A stretch of 44,305 bases of DNA, taken from a virus. Under the pieces are notes generated by a model. It was given only the letters and a program-made list of their open reading frames with translations. It made no database searches and was not told where the DNA came from. Below, piece by piece: positions 33,180 through 43,278 of the stretch (positions are counted from its first letter, which is position 1; every line of letters begins with the position of its first letter). Location of the stretch: positions 1 to 44,305 of IMG/VR virus record IMGVR_UViG_3300037200_000146; one strand, given 5' to 3'. Both the position numbers and the translations under genes were made by a program.

Positions 33180-33880
33180 TGGCTAGCAATCTACCAACTC
33201 CCAATTTTAACTATTTCAAGGTTGATTACAGTCTTCATGATGTTTTGGACCTTTTTGGCACGAATCTTCTTTTCGATTTTAATTGTCATGCAGTAGGAAT
33301 GGTTCAATCGTTTAACTCTGAAAATCAAACAGTCACTGCGACTATCAACTACACCAAGACATTTTTAGTCCCAAATCCCAACCAACCAGAAACCGATCCA
33401 ATCCCGACATACATTCAACAGCCAATGAATTATCCAGTTCTTATTGATTGTCCGGTTGTAATTATGGGTGGAGGCCCTGCTTATTTAACCTTTCCCATTG
33501 CTCAAGGAGACGAATGCCTTGTTCTATTTAACGATAGAGACATCGATAATTGGTTTGCGACGGGCCAAGTAGCACCTCCTGCTACGGGAAGACTTCACTC
33601 ATTCTCGGATGGTATTGTCCTTGTTGGCCTTCGTTCAAAAGCTCGCTCAATTCAAAGCTATGATACCAATAGAGCATTGATAACGAATGGAAATGCAAGA
33701 GTCGGAATTAATCCAAATACGAATAAATGTTCAATCATAAATAATGCTGCAACTCTTAATGGTGCCCTGCAAACTCTGATTAATGGGATTTTAGGAATGA
33801 CCTCAGGTGGTAATCCAATGGTTGATGTCACGGGGGACATTGCTTCTGCTATTACTCAGTTAGGAGATTTGCTTGAATAA
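33179..33880 (+). CDS. Baseplate central spike (gpV / Gp138_N-like)
   Basis: Contains GMVQSFNSENQTVTATINY, PVVIMGGGPAYLTFPIAQGDECLVLFNDRDIDNWF and HSFSDGIVLVGL. Confidence 0.65.
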   Translation: MASNLPTPNFNYFKVDYSLHDVLDLFGTNLLFDFNCHAVGMVQSFNSENQTVTATINYTKTFLVPNPNQPETDPIPTYIQQPMNYPVLIDCPVVIMGGGPAYLTFPIAQGDECLVLFNDRDIDNWFATGQVAPPATGRLHSFSDGIVLVGLRSKARSIQSYDTNRALITNGNARVGINPNTNKCSIINNAATLNGALQTLINGILGMTSGGNPMVDVTGDIASAITQLGDLLE

Positions 33881-33898
33881 ATTAATTTGGGGTCATGT

Positions 33899-34324
33899 AT
33901 GATTGTTAGATCATTAGATTCGAATCATGATTGGACTTTTGGGCAAGGACTCAATAACTATTTATCTAATAGCGCTGCCGTCGCTCAAAATATAGATACC
34001 CGCCTTCTTATGGTTTTAAACGATTGCTTTTTTGCCACAAATCAAGGGATTGATTGGTTCAATTTTTTAAGCTCTAAATCTCAATTGGCTCTATCTCTTG
34101 CGGTTCAGTCAACAATCTTGAATACGACAGGTGTAACGGGCCTTGTAAGTTCGAATGTTTCTCTAAACGATCCTACGCGAGAGATAACAATGAATTATAC
34201 AGTAAATACGGTCTACACGGGGCAACAGGTTTCTGGCCCTATTTCATTGACCTCTTCGTTCATTTTAACCGAATCCGGTGATATTCTATCCACGGAGCAA
34301 GGGGGAGGGCTAATCAATGGCTAA
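33899..34324 (+). CDS. Baseplate wedge protein (gpW/gp25-like, by position)
   Basis: Start taken at the ATG (MIVRSLDSNHDW). Confidence 0.45.
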   Translation: MIVRSLDSNHDWTFGQGLNNYLSNSAAVAQNIDTRLLMVLNDCFFATNQGIDWFNFLSSKSQLALSLAVQSTILNTTGVTGLVSSNVSLNDPTREITMNYTVNTVYTGQQVSGPISLTSSFILTESGDILSTEQGGGLING

Positions 34325-35723
34325 CAGCATTGGGCCAACAGGGGTCACTACAGATAGCCAGGCAACTCTTCTTGCCTATTATACCGCTACGTTTCAAGCC
34401 ATTTACGGAGCATCAATTGTCTTAACTCCCGACTCACCAGATGGCCAATGGATGAATATCCTGATCCAAGCAACGCTTGATCTTCAGGACTTCGTAACGA
34501 ATGTGAATGCCTATTTTGATCCAGACCAAGCCCAAGGCGTCATTTTAGACCAAAGAGTCGCCATAAACGGCATTCAGCGCATGGGCGGTACTTTCACCAC
34601 TACCGATGTCTCGATTACGGTAAACCAGGCCCTAAATCTCTATGGCTTAGATCAAAGCGCTCAATCTATTTACACCGTTGCTGATTCTTCAGGAAACCAA
34701 TGGGAGCTTGTAAATTCTATAAATATTGCGAGTCCTGGGACTTATTCTCTTCTTTTCCAGGCCGCAAATCCTGGAGCAGTTCTCACAGTTCCAAATACAA
34801 TCACAATTCCCGTTACTATCGTTCTAGGCGTTACAAATATCAACAATCCAAACTCTTATTTAACCTTAGGGATTGCCGAAGAAACCGACTATGCGCTTAG
34901 AATTCGTCGTCAACAATCAACAGCTATTGCAGGTCAGGGCTATCAAGCAAGTTTATTGGCGGCTCTTCTAAATATTAATGGCGTAACATCCGCTTTTGTC
35001 TATGAAAATACCACGGGAACCACAGATGCTAATGGAGTTCCTGGCCATTCGATTTGGGTAATTGTTGCAGGTTCAGGATCTCCTGGAGCCATTGCTAATG
35101 CCATTTATACCAAGAGAAATGCAGGGGCTGGGATGAAAGGTTCTCAAAGCTTTCCTATTACCTTACCCGGTGGAAATGTCATCGATATTTTGTGGGATGA
35201 TGTTGAATCCGAGACTTTGTTTATTAAATTCACAGCCACATCTCTTAATGGAACAACGCCGCCAAATATTGCAGCAATTCGTTCGGGACTTCCATCAAGT
35301 TTTGTTCCGGGAGTCTATGGTCAGGTTAATATCAACGCGCTTGCAGCAGCGGTTCAGGCTATTGACCCGAATACTTTAGTTACAGGGGGCGGATTCTCAA
35401 CCTCGTCCGGCGGGACATACACAACTACTCTAACGCCATCGGCTCTTAATATGCAGTTCTCGGTAACATCTCCTGATATCATCATTCTGCCGATCATCTT
35501 GAACCCGACAAGCGATACTGTTGCTCCTAGTGCCACGATTCAATTCTCAGCCCTTGGAGGATATGGAACATACACTTACTCGATTGCAACTAACGTTAGT
35601 GGAGGTTCAATTAATTCAAGCTCTGGCCTATATACGGCTGGAACGTCGTCATCCGGAACCGACGTGGTTCGGGTGACGGATGCACTTGGTAACTTCACGA
35701 ACGTCAATGTGGTGGTCACATAA
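34317..35723 (+). CDS. Baseplate J-like protein with a C-terminal Ig-like domain
   Basis: 468 aa. The C-terminus has GGYGTYTYSIATNVSGGSINSSSGLYTAG. Confidence 0.6.
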   Translation: MANSIGPTGVTTDSQATLLAYYTATFQAIYGASIVLTPDSPDGQWMNILIQATLDLQDFVTNVNAYFDPDQAQGVILDQRVAINGIQRMGGTFTTTDVSITVNQALNLYGLDQSAQSIYTVADSSGNQWELVNSINIASPGTYSLLFQAANPGAVLTVPNTITIPVTIVLGVTNINNPNSYLTLGIAEETDYALRIRRQQSTAIAGQGYQASLLAALLNINGVTSAFVYENTTGTTDANGVPGHSIWVIVAGSGSPGAIANAIYTKRNAGAGMKGSQSFPITLPGGNVIDILWDDVESETLFIKFTATSLNGTTPPNIAAIRSGLPSSFVPGVYGQVNINALAAAVQAIDPNTLVTGGGFSTSSGGTYTTTLTPSALNMQFSVTSPDIIILPIILNPTSDTVAPSATIQFSALGGYGTYTYSIATNVSGGSINSSSGLYTAGTSSSGTDVVRVTDALGNFTNVNVVVT

Positions 35724-36358
35724 TGGCCACGATGACAACAGCAGATTTGGCCGCTTATTACGCCAACCTGCTGATCATTCAATACTCTACGTCTCCGAAG
35801 GCGATTGCCACGATTCAGGGAACGGTTCTTCCTTATTTAATGGATCAGCTCCCAAACCAAATATTGAATGCTTACAATATCAATGCAGCTCTTGGACCAA
35901 TCGCAGTTGGAACGCAGCTAGATATTATCGGTAAATACATTGGCGTTTCTAGAACAGTAAACGGCCCCAATGGCCCGGTTTCCTTAGATGATGATGATTT
36001 TTTAACTCTGATGCAGTTTGTGATTATTAAAAATACAACGAACAGTTCTCTTGCGTCGATTGTTAGCTTGATAACCACATTTTTCCCAGGAGAAGTTTTC
36101 ATAACAGATTCCGCTAATATGCAAATCGCATATACAATTGTTGAATCTCTTGGAAGTGCGAATCTATTATATGCTCTTCAATTTGGAAATTATTTACCAG
36201 TACCAATGGCCGTGGGAATTTCTGTTACTGTTATTCCGTCTTACACGAATCCATTTTTTACTTTCAGCACTTATTCGGTAAACGCTACTGGGCCAGGATT
36301 TCAGTCGTATTTCAATCTTGTTCTTAATACTCCGTGGTTACAATACAACGGAACGTAG
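35723..36358 (+). CDS. Baseplate protein (DUF2612-like)
   Basis: Contains DLAAYYANLLIIQYSTSPKAIATIQG. Confidence 0.5.
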   Translation: MATMTTADLAAYYANLLIIQYSTSPKAIATIQGTVLPYLMDQLPNQILNAYNINAALGPIAVGTQLDIIGKYIGVSRTVNGPNGPVSLDDDDFLTLMQFVIIKNTTNSSLASIVSLITTFFPGEVFITDSANMQIAYTIVESLGSANLLYALQFGNYLPVPMAVGISVTVIPSYTNPFFTFSTYSVNATGPGFQSYFNLVLNTPWLQYNGT

Positions 36359-36366
36359 GAGATTAA

Positions 36367-37467
36367 ATGGCAAAATTATCACGCATCTTTCAAAACATTT
36401 TTGGATCAAGTGCCGGAACTGATCAAATTGCAGTATTTGGAAGCAAATTTGCAGGTTCTCCTGCTTTCACGACCAATCCCGCCACAGCACAGTCCTTATC
36501 AAATTTCTTGGCGGGCTGGTTCCAGGCTGTGATTGCTACACCAAACGGCAATTCTCCTTGTATTGAGGACATGAACGCTCTTTTCAATATTTTGACCTAC
36601 CAAATAGCGTATGGTTTTCAGGCCGGCGTCCCAGAATGGGATTCAAGCACCATATATTTCACCGGGAGTCTTGCGACATCAATCGGCACCGGACAGGTTT
36701 ATGTCTCTCTCCAAGATTCAAACGTTGGTAACGCTCTAACCAACACTTCATATTGGCAACTAAATGGAGCTGGAATTAGAAGTGTATCGTCAAATTATTC
36801 CATTGCTGCTTTTGATGAAACGATTTTAGGAAATGCTTCAAGCGCTGCATTCGCAATCACTCTCCCCACCGCTGTCGGGATTCAAGGCCAGACTTATGTT
36901 TTAAAGAAAACCGATTCAAGCTTTAATGCGGTTTCTATCAACACGGCATCTTCTCAGACAATAGATGGTGCTTCTTCAACATCGTTAAATACTCAAAACG
37001 AATGTCTAACGATAGTATCAGATGGGGCCAATTGGCAGACGGTTCAAAGACTTATTCCCTCTAATTGGGTTTCTTATACACCAACGTTTGTTGGGCTTGG
37101 AACTCCAACATCGGTTCAAATGTATTATTCAAGGGATGGAGCTGATTTATTACTTCGTGGGAATTTTACTATTGGAACACCAACGGCAGTGAATGCTTCG
37201 ATTGGATTACCATCCGGGCTTGCAATTGATTCTGTAACAGTTGGTAATACTTATGTCGGTGGACAGCTAACACAAAACGTGATCTCTGGAACCAGGCTTA
37301 TGTCGATGCTAATCGCCACGGGCGCAACTTCAATTACCATGGCAAGAACAGAAAATAATACATCAAACGATCCTTTGGTTCCCGAAACTGGAAGTGCAGC
37401 TTGGCCTATTAATATCACGGGTAGTATGTGGGCTAGAGTTCCAATTGCAGGGTGGGGAACGTTCTAA
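36367..37467 (+). CDS. Tail fibre protein
   Basis: Assigned by position after the baseplate. The composition is fibre-like. Confidence 0.5.
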   Translation: MAKLSRIFQNIFGSSAGTDQIAVFGSKFAGSPAFTTNPATAQSLSNFLAGWFQAVIATPNGNSPCIEDMNALFNILTYQIAYGFQAGVPEWDSSTIYFTGSLATSIGTGQVYVSLQDSNVGNALTNTSYWQLNGAGIRSVSSNYSIAAFDETILGNASSAAFAITLPTAVGIQGQTYVLKKTDSSFNAVSINTASSQTIDGASSTSLNTQNECLTIVSDGANWQTVQRLIPSNWVSYTPTFVGLGTPTSVQMYYSRDGADLLLRGNFTIGTPTAVNASIGLPSGLAIDSVTVGNTYVGGQLTQNVISGTRLMSMLIATGATSITMARTENNTSNDPLVPETGSAAWPINITGSMWARVPIAGWGTF

Positions 37468-37485
37468 AGAAATTTAAGGAGAACC

Positions 37486-39195
37486 ATGAAAAAGTATCTA
37501 GCAATTTTACTAGCTATATCTAGCAAAACCTTTTCGGCAAACGTTCCTATTTCTCAACTTCCCCTTGAATCGGCGTCGGCTACTGGTGTTAATGATTCTC
37601 TACCATTTGTTTCTGCAACGGTAGATATCACCAAAAGAGTGACTCTTTGGGATCTTATAAATCTCCCCCCCATGGTTTCCACATATGCGCCTTTGGCTAA
37701 TCCTACATTCACAGGGGTTGTCACGGCTCCTTCGTTTGTAGGATCTTTGACGGGGAACGCTACAAATGTCAGCGGAACAGTTTTAGTTGGGCATGGTGGA
37801 ACAGGTCTAACGTCTCCTGGGACAAGCGGAAACGTCCTGACATCAAATGGAAGTGCGTGGGTAAGTTCAGCTCCATCGACTAGTGGAACAGTAACTTCAG
37901 TAGCGTTAACGACTCCATCTTGGCTTACGGTTGGTGGATCACCCATTACATCGAGCGGAACTTTAGCTGTTACCGGAACAAGCGAGAGTCAAAACTTATT
38001 CTTAGCCTCCCCTAACGGATCAAGCGGTGTCATGGCACCAAGAGCGATTGTATCGGCAGATGTTCCAACCCTTAATCAAAATACAAGCGGAACCGCCGCT
38101 AACATTACAGCCACTTCAAATTCCTCGCTAACAACGCTATCGGCTTTAAGTCTTCCGGCCACTCAATTATCGGGAACCCTTCAGGCAGCACAGTTTCCAG
38201 CACTCTTAGGTGATTTAACCACAACCGCTGGCTCCCTTTCCACAGTTCTTGCCTCGGTTAACTCTAATGTCGGGTCATTTACTAACGCCAATATTACAGT
38301 GAATGCGAAGGGTCTTATCACTGCTGCAGCGAATGGGACGGCAGCATCGTTTACGGCTCCCCTTCCTGTGCCCTACACCAGCATTTCAACAACGGGTTAT
38401 GTTTTTACGGTCTCAAGTGCGAATGCCACAGTTGGAGCGACTTATACAAACAACAGCAATACCTATACGGTTTTATCGACGATTTCATCTGGAACTCTTT
38501 TGTTCTGTTCTCAAGCAAGCGCACCTACATCTACTGGAACTCTAACAAAGGCCAGCGGAACGGGGGATTCGACCATAACCTTTACGGCAGAACAAGCTAT
38601 TGGGACATACACGGTTCCAACATCCCCGGCCCCTTTATATCTCTCAATTGAGGTTTACGGAGGAGGCGGAGGAGGAGGAGCAAATGGCACAGGAAATCCC
38701 GGAGGCGGATCAGTTACAACTCTCAGTCTTTTTGGTTATTCAGGTGTTATTGCAACAGGTGGTACGGGAGGCACTGCATCGACTGGTGCGGGTGGAGTGG
38801 CCGGGGCCGCGACTGTAAATTCTCCTTATCAAGTTATCTCAAAAGGTGGGGAAAGCGGAGCTGCGGCTGGCGGAAGCGGTCAAGCGGCCGGCGGCGTTGG
38901 CGGAGAAACCCCTCTCTTTGGCCGCGGAAGCGGTGGAACTGGTGGAGGTGGAGCAGGTGTCTCGGCTGTTACCAATAGTGGGGCCGGTGGAGGCGGTGCT
39001 GGTGGTTATGCATCAGATGGAGGGGCCGGCGGCGGCGGCGGCGGGGGATGGGCCAAGGTCATTTTAAGTAGCCCTTCTGGGACTTATCCCGTAGCACTTG
39101 CAACAGGCGGAACAGGTCCTACGGCCGGTGCAGGTGGTTATGGCGGAGGGGCCGGGGGGAGCGGATACGTTGTTATCACTCCTTACTATCAATGA
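37486..39195 (+). CDS. Tail fibre / receptor-binding protein with a glycine-rich C-terminal domain
   Basis: Contains PLANPTFTGVVTAPSFVGSLTGNATN (fibre repeat) and C-terminal GGGGGGG... tracts. The N-terminus MKKYLAILLAISSKTFSA is signal-peptide-like. Confidence 0.65.
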   Translation: MKKYLAILLAISSKTFSANVPISQLPLESASATGVNDSLPFVSATVDITKRVTLWDLINLPPMVSTYAPLANPTFTGVVTAPSFVGSLTGNATNVSGTVLVGHGGTGLTSPGTSGNVLTSNGSAWVSSAPSTSGTVTSVALTTPSWLTVGGSPITSSGTLAVTGTSESQNLFLASPNGSSGVMAPRAIVSADVPTLNQNTSGTAANITATSNSSLTTLSALSLPATQLSGTLQAAQFPALLGDLTTTAGSLSTVLASVNSNVGSFTNANITVNAKGLITAAANGTAASFTAPLPVPYTSISTTGYVFTVSSANATVGATYTNNSNTYTVLSTISSGTLLFCSQASAPTSTGTLTKASGTGDSTITFTAEQAIGTYTVPTSPAPLYLSIEVYGGGGGGGANGTGNPGGGSVTTLSLFGYSGVIATGGTGGTASTGAGGVAGAATVNSPYQVISKGGESGAAAGGSGQAAGGVGGETPLFGRGSGGTGGGGAGVSAVTNSGAGGGGAGGYASDGGAGGGGGGGWAKVILSSPSGTYPVALATGGTGPTAGAGGYGGGAGGSGYVVITPYYQ

Positions 39196-39277
39196 GCACT
39201 GAAACCATAAGAGTACCAATCTCGGGGCGGATAATCGTGAAAGAAAATTATTAGTAATTTTTGACACTGGGGGGTGT

Positions 39278-39526
39278 ATGAAAAACGATTACAATGAATG
39301 GATGACATGGGATAAGGCCAAAGACGCATTACTCTGTGGAGCCTGTTCTCTAGTAATTTGGATATTTGGCGAGATGCGAAGTGATTTTCGTCATATGACT
39401 CAAGCCGTCGAGGGCTTATCCATTAAAATGGAGAACATTTCAGTTGATCAGATAAACCAGTTAAATGATTTAAAAGATCACGAATTAAGAATTAGAGACT
39501 TAGAAAAACATGGATGGCATGGGTGA
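39278..39526 (+). CDS. Membrane protein with one TM segment and a coiled coil (holin or i-spanin-like)
   Basis: TM-like segment ALLCGACSLVIWIFG, followed by QINQLNDLKDHELRIRDLEK. Confidence 0.4.
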   Translation: MKNDYNEWMTWDKAKDALLCGACSLVIWIFGEMRSDFRHMTQAVEGLSIKMENISVDQINQLNDLKDHELRIRDLEKHGWHG

Positions 39527-39606
39527 ATCCACGTAACTGGGTAACTGGTTTCCTTTCCATTCATTTTGGGTATAATGTTCTTAAATTTTTAAGAGGGAGA
39601 AATAAC

Positions 39607-39840
39607 ATGGTCGATTTAGTAGATAAACAATTAGGTCCTGTGGCTCTTAGTGTATCGTTCTCTGGAGGAAATCTTGTTGTTTCCTTAGGCGATGCTGCTA
39701 TTGGCGTTTCGAACGTTCTTAACATTTCTGAAAAACTAGTTTTGAGCGCAATCTTGGCTCAAATTCCTGCAGGTTCCACTGAGGCCTCTATTGGAGGAAT
39801 GATTGTAAGTGTTGTTGAAGCTGCATCGGGCGCTGTCTAA
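39607..39840 (+). CDS. Small hydrophobic protein
   Basis: ATG after GAGGGAG. The protein is rich in Gly, Ala, Val and Ser. Confidence 0.4.
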   Translation: MVDLVDKQLGPVALSVSFSGGNLVVSLGDAAIGVSNVLNISEKLVLSAILAQIPAGSTEASIGGMIVSVVEAASGAV

Positions 39841-40215
39841 TTGGATGAATCGCCCGGGACTGTAGATATAACCAACCTGGTTTCAACTCTACAATCCACT
39901 TTTGTAACGTGGGCCACAGCTTATGTTGTGGCCCAAACTATTGCCATTCCTTACATGACTTGGATTGCTCTACCATTCGTAAATTACATTTATAAATCTT
40001 TGGTCGGCTGGCTTTTGGGTATTTTGTCTAATTCAACAGTAATGATGGCTTTCTTCATGAATACGGCCATAAAGAAAGCAAGCCAAGCCCAAGATTACCT
40101 AGATGCGGTTAATGCAAAAAACAGTCTTCCAAATACCGTAACTCAGGCTCAATATAAACAATATGAACAAAACGAAATTAGCGCTTTTAATAGTCTTGTT
40201 TCTCTTACTAGTTAA
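39841..40215 (+). CDS. Putative holin (multi-TM)
   Basis: Hydrophobic stretches include FVTWATAYVVAQTIAIPYMTWIALPFV and LVGWLLGILSNSTVMMAFFM. Confidence 0.45.
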   Translation: MDESPGTVDITNLVSTLQSTFVTWATAYVVAQTIAIPYMTWIALPFVNYIYKSLVGWLLGILSNSTVMMAFFMNTAIKKASQAQDYLDAVNAKNSLPNTVTQAQYKQYEQNEISAFNSLVSLTS

Positions 40216-40615
40216 TCTTTTATTGTGCTCATGCTCGATAAAACCGCCGAACGTTTATGTTTTTGAGGATTTAGAACAACACATAGTTATTGACCCTAAA
40301 ACAGCGGACCTCATTTGGGAACCAAGTCCAACCTGTATGGATGAAATTCAAGAGCCTCAATGTGGCCACGGCGTGGCCATTATGTCAGGCGATGAAGTTT
40401 ACATTGGAGATAATGCCAATAATCTTTTTAAAGGTAAAAAATGGAGCGATTTGAAAGCTGAAAGTGTTTATGTCCCAGCGGTTGAGAGTTATGCCCCACT
40501 ATCAACCTACATTATAAATTCTTGTAAAGCGGCTAATTGCGATTCTCAGGTTGATCAATTTCAGGTAAAGCTTAATTCCTTAAATGGCATAGTAAATGCA
40601 ATTGAAAACCCTTGA
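40163..40615 (+). CDS. Lipoprotein-like protein, possibly a spanin component
   Basis: MNKTKLALLIVLFLLLVNLLLCSCS is signal plus lipobox-like. Its start lies within the preceding gene. Confidence 0.45.
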   Translation: MNKTKLALLIVLFLLLVNLLLCSCSIKPPNVYVFEDLEQHIVIDPKTADLIWEPSPTCMDEIQEPQCGHGVAIMSGDEVYIGDNANNLFKGKKWSDLKAESVYVPAVESYAPLSTYIINSCKAANCDSQVDQFQVKLNSLNGIVNAIENP

Positions 40616-40740
40616 GAGGGAAGGTGTGCAGTCCGAGTAGTGGTCCTATGAAATTTTCAGCGCGATGGTTCATAGTGAATTAGCAAGGCTGTATAGGAAA
40701 AATAAAATCAAAAGAACAGGACCGGGTATGTATAAATCCT

Positions 40741-40783
40741 AAAAAAATAACCCCCGGCAAGGTCTGATACACCAAGCCGAGGG
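40741..40783 (-). terminator. Candidate terminator for the leftward arm
   Basis: The minus strand reads ccctcggc-(17 nt)-gccggggg followed by TTATTTTTTT. The stem has one mismatch and the loop is large. Confidence 0.35.
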
Positions 40784-40901
40784 CAAATCTGGAGCCCCTT
40801 GTGAGAACCCTAGATGGTCTGGGTCAATTCTTAGCTGAAATCAGCCTCCGGAACAAGCTTCCGGGAAAGGTGACAAGCTCATAAGTATTCGGACCGCACC
40901 T

Positions 40902-41768
40902 TTAAACGTTACAATAGGAAATTAAGGCCTGCAAGTCGTTGATGTCACCTTGAAATAGGTCTGTATCCCCGAGGTTACTTACTCCTGGGATGCGCCCACT
41001 GCCACTTGTTTGCCAAGCGTTCCAGGCGCTCCAGGGCGGAGGCGGCGCTATTTGAGATTCTGGATTATAGTTCGCCAAAATCACGGGATATTCGAGAAGG
41101 AACGAATTATCGCCAATGAGCTCTTGCATGATATACTCGCCACAATAAATCCAGCATCGTTTCTTGGCTTGAGTTTTAACGGTTTCAAGGAATGATTTAA
41201 TCCATATTAGATCTCCGGCAGCGCTATAAGGATCTCCATCAGTGGTTTCATAGTCTAATACCATAAAATCTTTTGCCCCTATCCCCGAAGACACGCTATA
41301 GGATACAAATTGAGAAGCTTGAGCGATAGGATCTTCTGCAAGATTCACAAAGTGATACGATCCGCATATAAGACCAGAGGCTTTAGCTAAAGACAAGTTT
41401 TTAGGAAAAGCCGAATCCTTATAATCAAGTCCCTGGGTAGCCTTTAGATAAGTCCAAACTACACCACCGTTAAACATATCTTGAAAGCTTGATATCTCAT
41501 CTCCTGAATAACCATCAAACCCCTTGAGACGACTTGAACTCAATGGCTTAGGTGGTATTGAGACAACTGTATTATTAATCGGAGCTGGCGCTGTATTGAT
41601 TATCGTAGGAGCGGATTGCTTCATGGCTAAGCCAAGAGCGTAGTTTATCGCAGCACCGCAGGTTTCATCGCCCGGATCTCCATCGACTCCAAGGCCTGCT
41701 CCGTTGGTATTGTTTAGGTAGTTTTGAACAAGTTCAACTTGCGCGGTTGAGAAGTCCGATGGTTTCAT
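40902..41768 (-). CDS. Endolysin: peptidoglycan-binding domain + GH25 muramidase
   Basis: The N-terminal part has VQNYLNNTNGAGLGVDGDPGDETCGAAINYALG (PG_binding_1-like). The catalytic part has GFDGYSGDEIS...WTYLKATQGLDYKDSAF...GSYHF (GH25 pattern). Confidence 0.75.
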   Translation of the reverse strand: MKPSDFSTAQVELVQNYLNNTNGAGLGVDGDPGDETCGAAINYALGLAMKQSAPTIINTAPAPINNTVVSIPPKPLSSSRLKGFDGYSGDEISSFQDMFNGGVVWTYLKATQGLDYKDSAFPKNLSLAKASGLICGSYHFVNLAEDPIAQASQFVSYSVSSGIGAKDFMVLDYETTDGDPYSAAGDLIWIKSFLETVKTQAKKRCWIYCGEYIMQELIGDNSFLLEYPVILANYNPESQIAPPPPWSAWNAWQTSGSGRIPGVSNLGDTDLFQGDINDLQALISYCNV

Positions 41769-41777
41769 TTGGCTCCT

Positions 41778-42719
41778 TTAGTAAACCTCAATAGAGTCTT
41801 CGTTCCTCGAACGAAAATATCGTCTAAGATCGTCTCGAAGTTGAGGCTTTGTTCCAGTCAGCTTTATAAGACCTTGGAAGTCTTTGGCAATATCCCTGTC
41901 TGGATCAAACTGATTTTTTGTGATTATATCCCAACGTGTTTGATATCCTCTAGCAGTCTTTGGACCATGCCAATGGTGAAGAATGGTTCCTGGTACATAA
42001 CCTATATTTCTTTGAAGATTCTTTGCTCGATCCTGCCATATTTTTAGATTTTTTAGGTAATTTGGATGCACGCCAACTGGAACAGTCTCTTCAACTCGAT
42101 CAAGAAGAGCATAAACCATATGGTGATCAGCCGATCCACAAATTGCGAAATCCATAAGACCGCAGACCGTATCAAAGAACTTTCTTGTGGCGGCCCATGC
42201 AAAGCCTGGATGTGGGAATGTGTATTCCTTATTCCATTTAGGGGATAGACGTCCTTCATGAAGATAAACCCATCCAAAGGATTTGTGTGTGTGAAGAGCT
42301 TCTCCTTTAGGACCTAAATCAATTGCTGAATCAAACATTTGAACTACATCATAGTGTTGAAGGGCATGCATGGTTTCAAGAGCCCAATCAGGTCGCACAA
42401 ATGATATATCAGCGTCAATCCATGCAATCCCTTCGACTTTGGGGTCCATGGAAATAATCTTTGCTACGGCAACATTTATCATAGCCTCTTTTTGCCATAC
42501 TTCTTGATCGGATCTTAATTGAATATGATTTGGATTTTCTTTTGATGTGACTTCAAATGAACGATCACCGTGTGCAATTTCAACCACAATAAGTTTTGAG
42601 CCAGTGGCTTCCATGCGCTTTTCGAAATCAAGGAAAAGAGCATATCGGCTTTTAAATCTTACAGGATTTGAAATCACCGCAACTATATAAAAATGATCAA
42701 GAAGATGCCCATTCTTCAT
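41778..42719 (-). CDS. GT-A fold glycosyltransferase-like protein
   Basis: Contains FYIVAVISNP...IAWIDADISF, a DxD-like motif in a GT-A-type context. Confidence 0.4.
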   Translation of the reverse strand: MKNGHLLDHFYIVAVISNPVRFKSRYALFLDFEKRMEATGSKLIVVEIAHGDRSFEVTSKENPNHIQLRSDQEVWQKEAMINVAVAKIISMDPKVEGIAWIDADISFVRPDWALETMHALQHYDVVQMFDSAIDLGPKGEALHTHKSFGWVYLHEGRLSPKWNKEYTFPHPGFAWAATRKFFDTVCGLMDFAICGSADHHMVYALLDRVEETVPVGVHPNYLKNLKIWQDRAKNLQRNIGYVPGTILHHWHGPKTARGYQTRWDIITKNQFDPDRDIAKDFQGLIKLTGTKPQLRDDLRRYFRSRNEDSIEVY

Positions 42720-42741
42720 GCCCTTACCCCCAAAAAAACTA

Positions 42742-42837
42742 TTACCAGCTAGACATTAAGAATAGGGCTAAAATACAAAGACCGATAGTTAAAACTAATG
42801 TAGCGGTATTAATTTGTTCTTCTTCGCGAGGTGTCAT
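42742..42837 (-). CDS. 31-aa single-TM peptide (below the ORF-track cutoff)
   Basis: ATGA overlap with the upstream stop. Reads MTPREEEQINTATLVLTIGLCILALFLMSSW. Confidence 0.35.
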   Translation of the reverse strand: MTPREEEQINTATLVLTIGLCILALFLMSSW

Positions 42838-43229
42838 TGGAGTGGCACGTTTGGTAAAACAGTTAGGATACCTAGACCATGAAAATAGTAAGTGTTACCG
42901 CTAATCACGGCCTCAGTAAGGATTTCCTTATTAGGTCCAAGCCCTAAGCTTTCAGTATCGGCAGCTTGGAGGGCTATGATGAAAAACCCTGTATTATTGA
43001 CCTGATCAGCGTTAGCCGTATGTTGGGAGTTTGGGATTGAGTAAACGCCGCTGCCATTTGGCTCGGTAATAAACGTCGTAAAAGTAGCTCCCGTAAGATT
43101 AAAGGGAGATCCATTGGCCATAGCCACAAGTCCAAGCGTAGGGGAATCTCCTTGGGAAACGACAATGGCATTTAAATTAGATTGGTTTATGGCATTTTGA
43201 GAAATAAGGATTAAAGCATCTTGAGTCAT
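42834..43229 (-). CDS. Hypothetical beta-rich protein (possibly BppU_N/Ig-like structural)
   Basis: 131-aa ORF. Contains NLTGATFTTFITEPNGSGV.... Confidence 0.4.
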   Translation of the reverse strand: MTQDALILISQNAINQSNLNAIVVSQGDSPTLGLVAMANGSPFNLTGATFTTFITEPNGSGVYSIPNSQHTANADQVNNTGFFIIALQAADTESLGLGPNKEILTEAVISGNTYYFHGLGILTVLPNVPLQ

Positions 43230-43278
43230 AAGTTATTAAGAACTTGTTCAACTTGATCAGATGAAAAATCAGATGGCT

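Noticed and set aside
37554-37946. 130-aa antisense ORF inside the tail fibre gene, and similar antisense or alternate-frame ORFs at 23030..23377, 27554..27877, 29891..30208 and 38303..39067
   Set aside because: They have no recognisable motifs. They lie in compositionally biased (Gly/Ser/Thr or acidic) coding regions where off-frame stops are rare. This contrasts with the 303-aa antisense ORF at 21261..22172, which has nuclease and HTH motifs.
40843-40865. The hairpin tccggaa-caagc-ttccggg, considered as a plus-strand terminator
   Set aside because: It is not followed by a T-run, so it may simply be local structure in the convergent gap.
41769-42277. Plus-strand ORFs 41769..42047, 41960..42157 and 42066..42248, and the minus alternate-frame ORF 42053..42277
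   Set aside because: All are embedded within the 313-aa glycosyltransferase-like gene, and they have junk-like sequences with no motifs.
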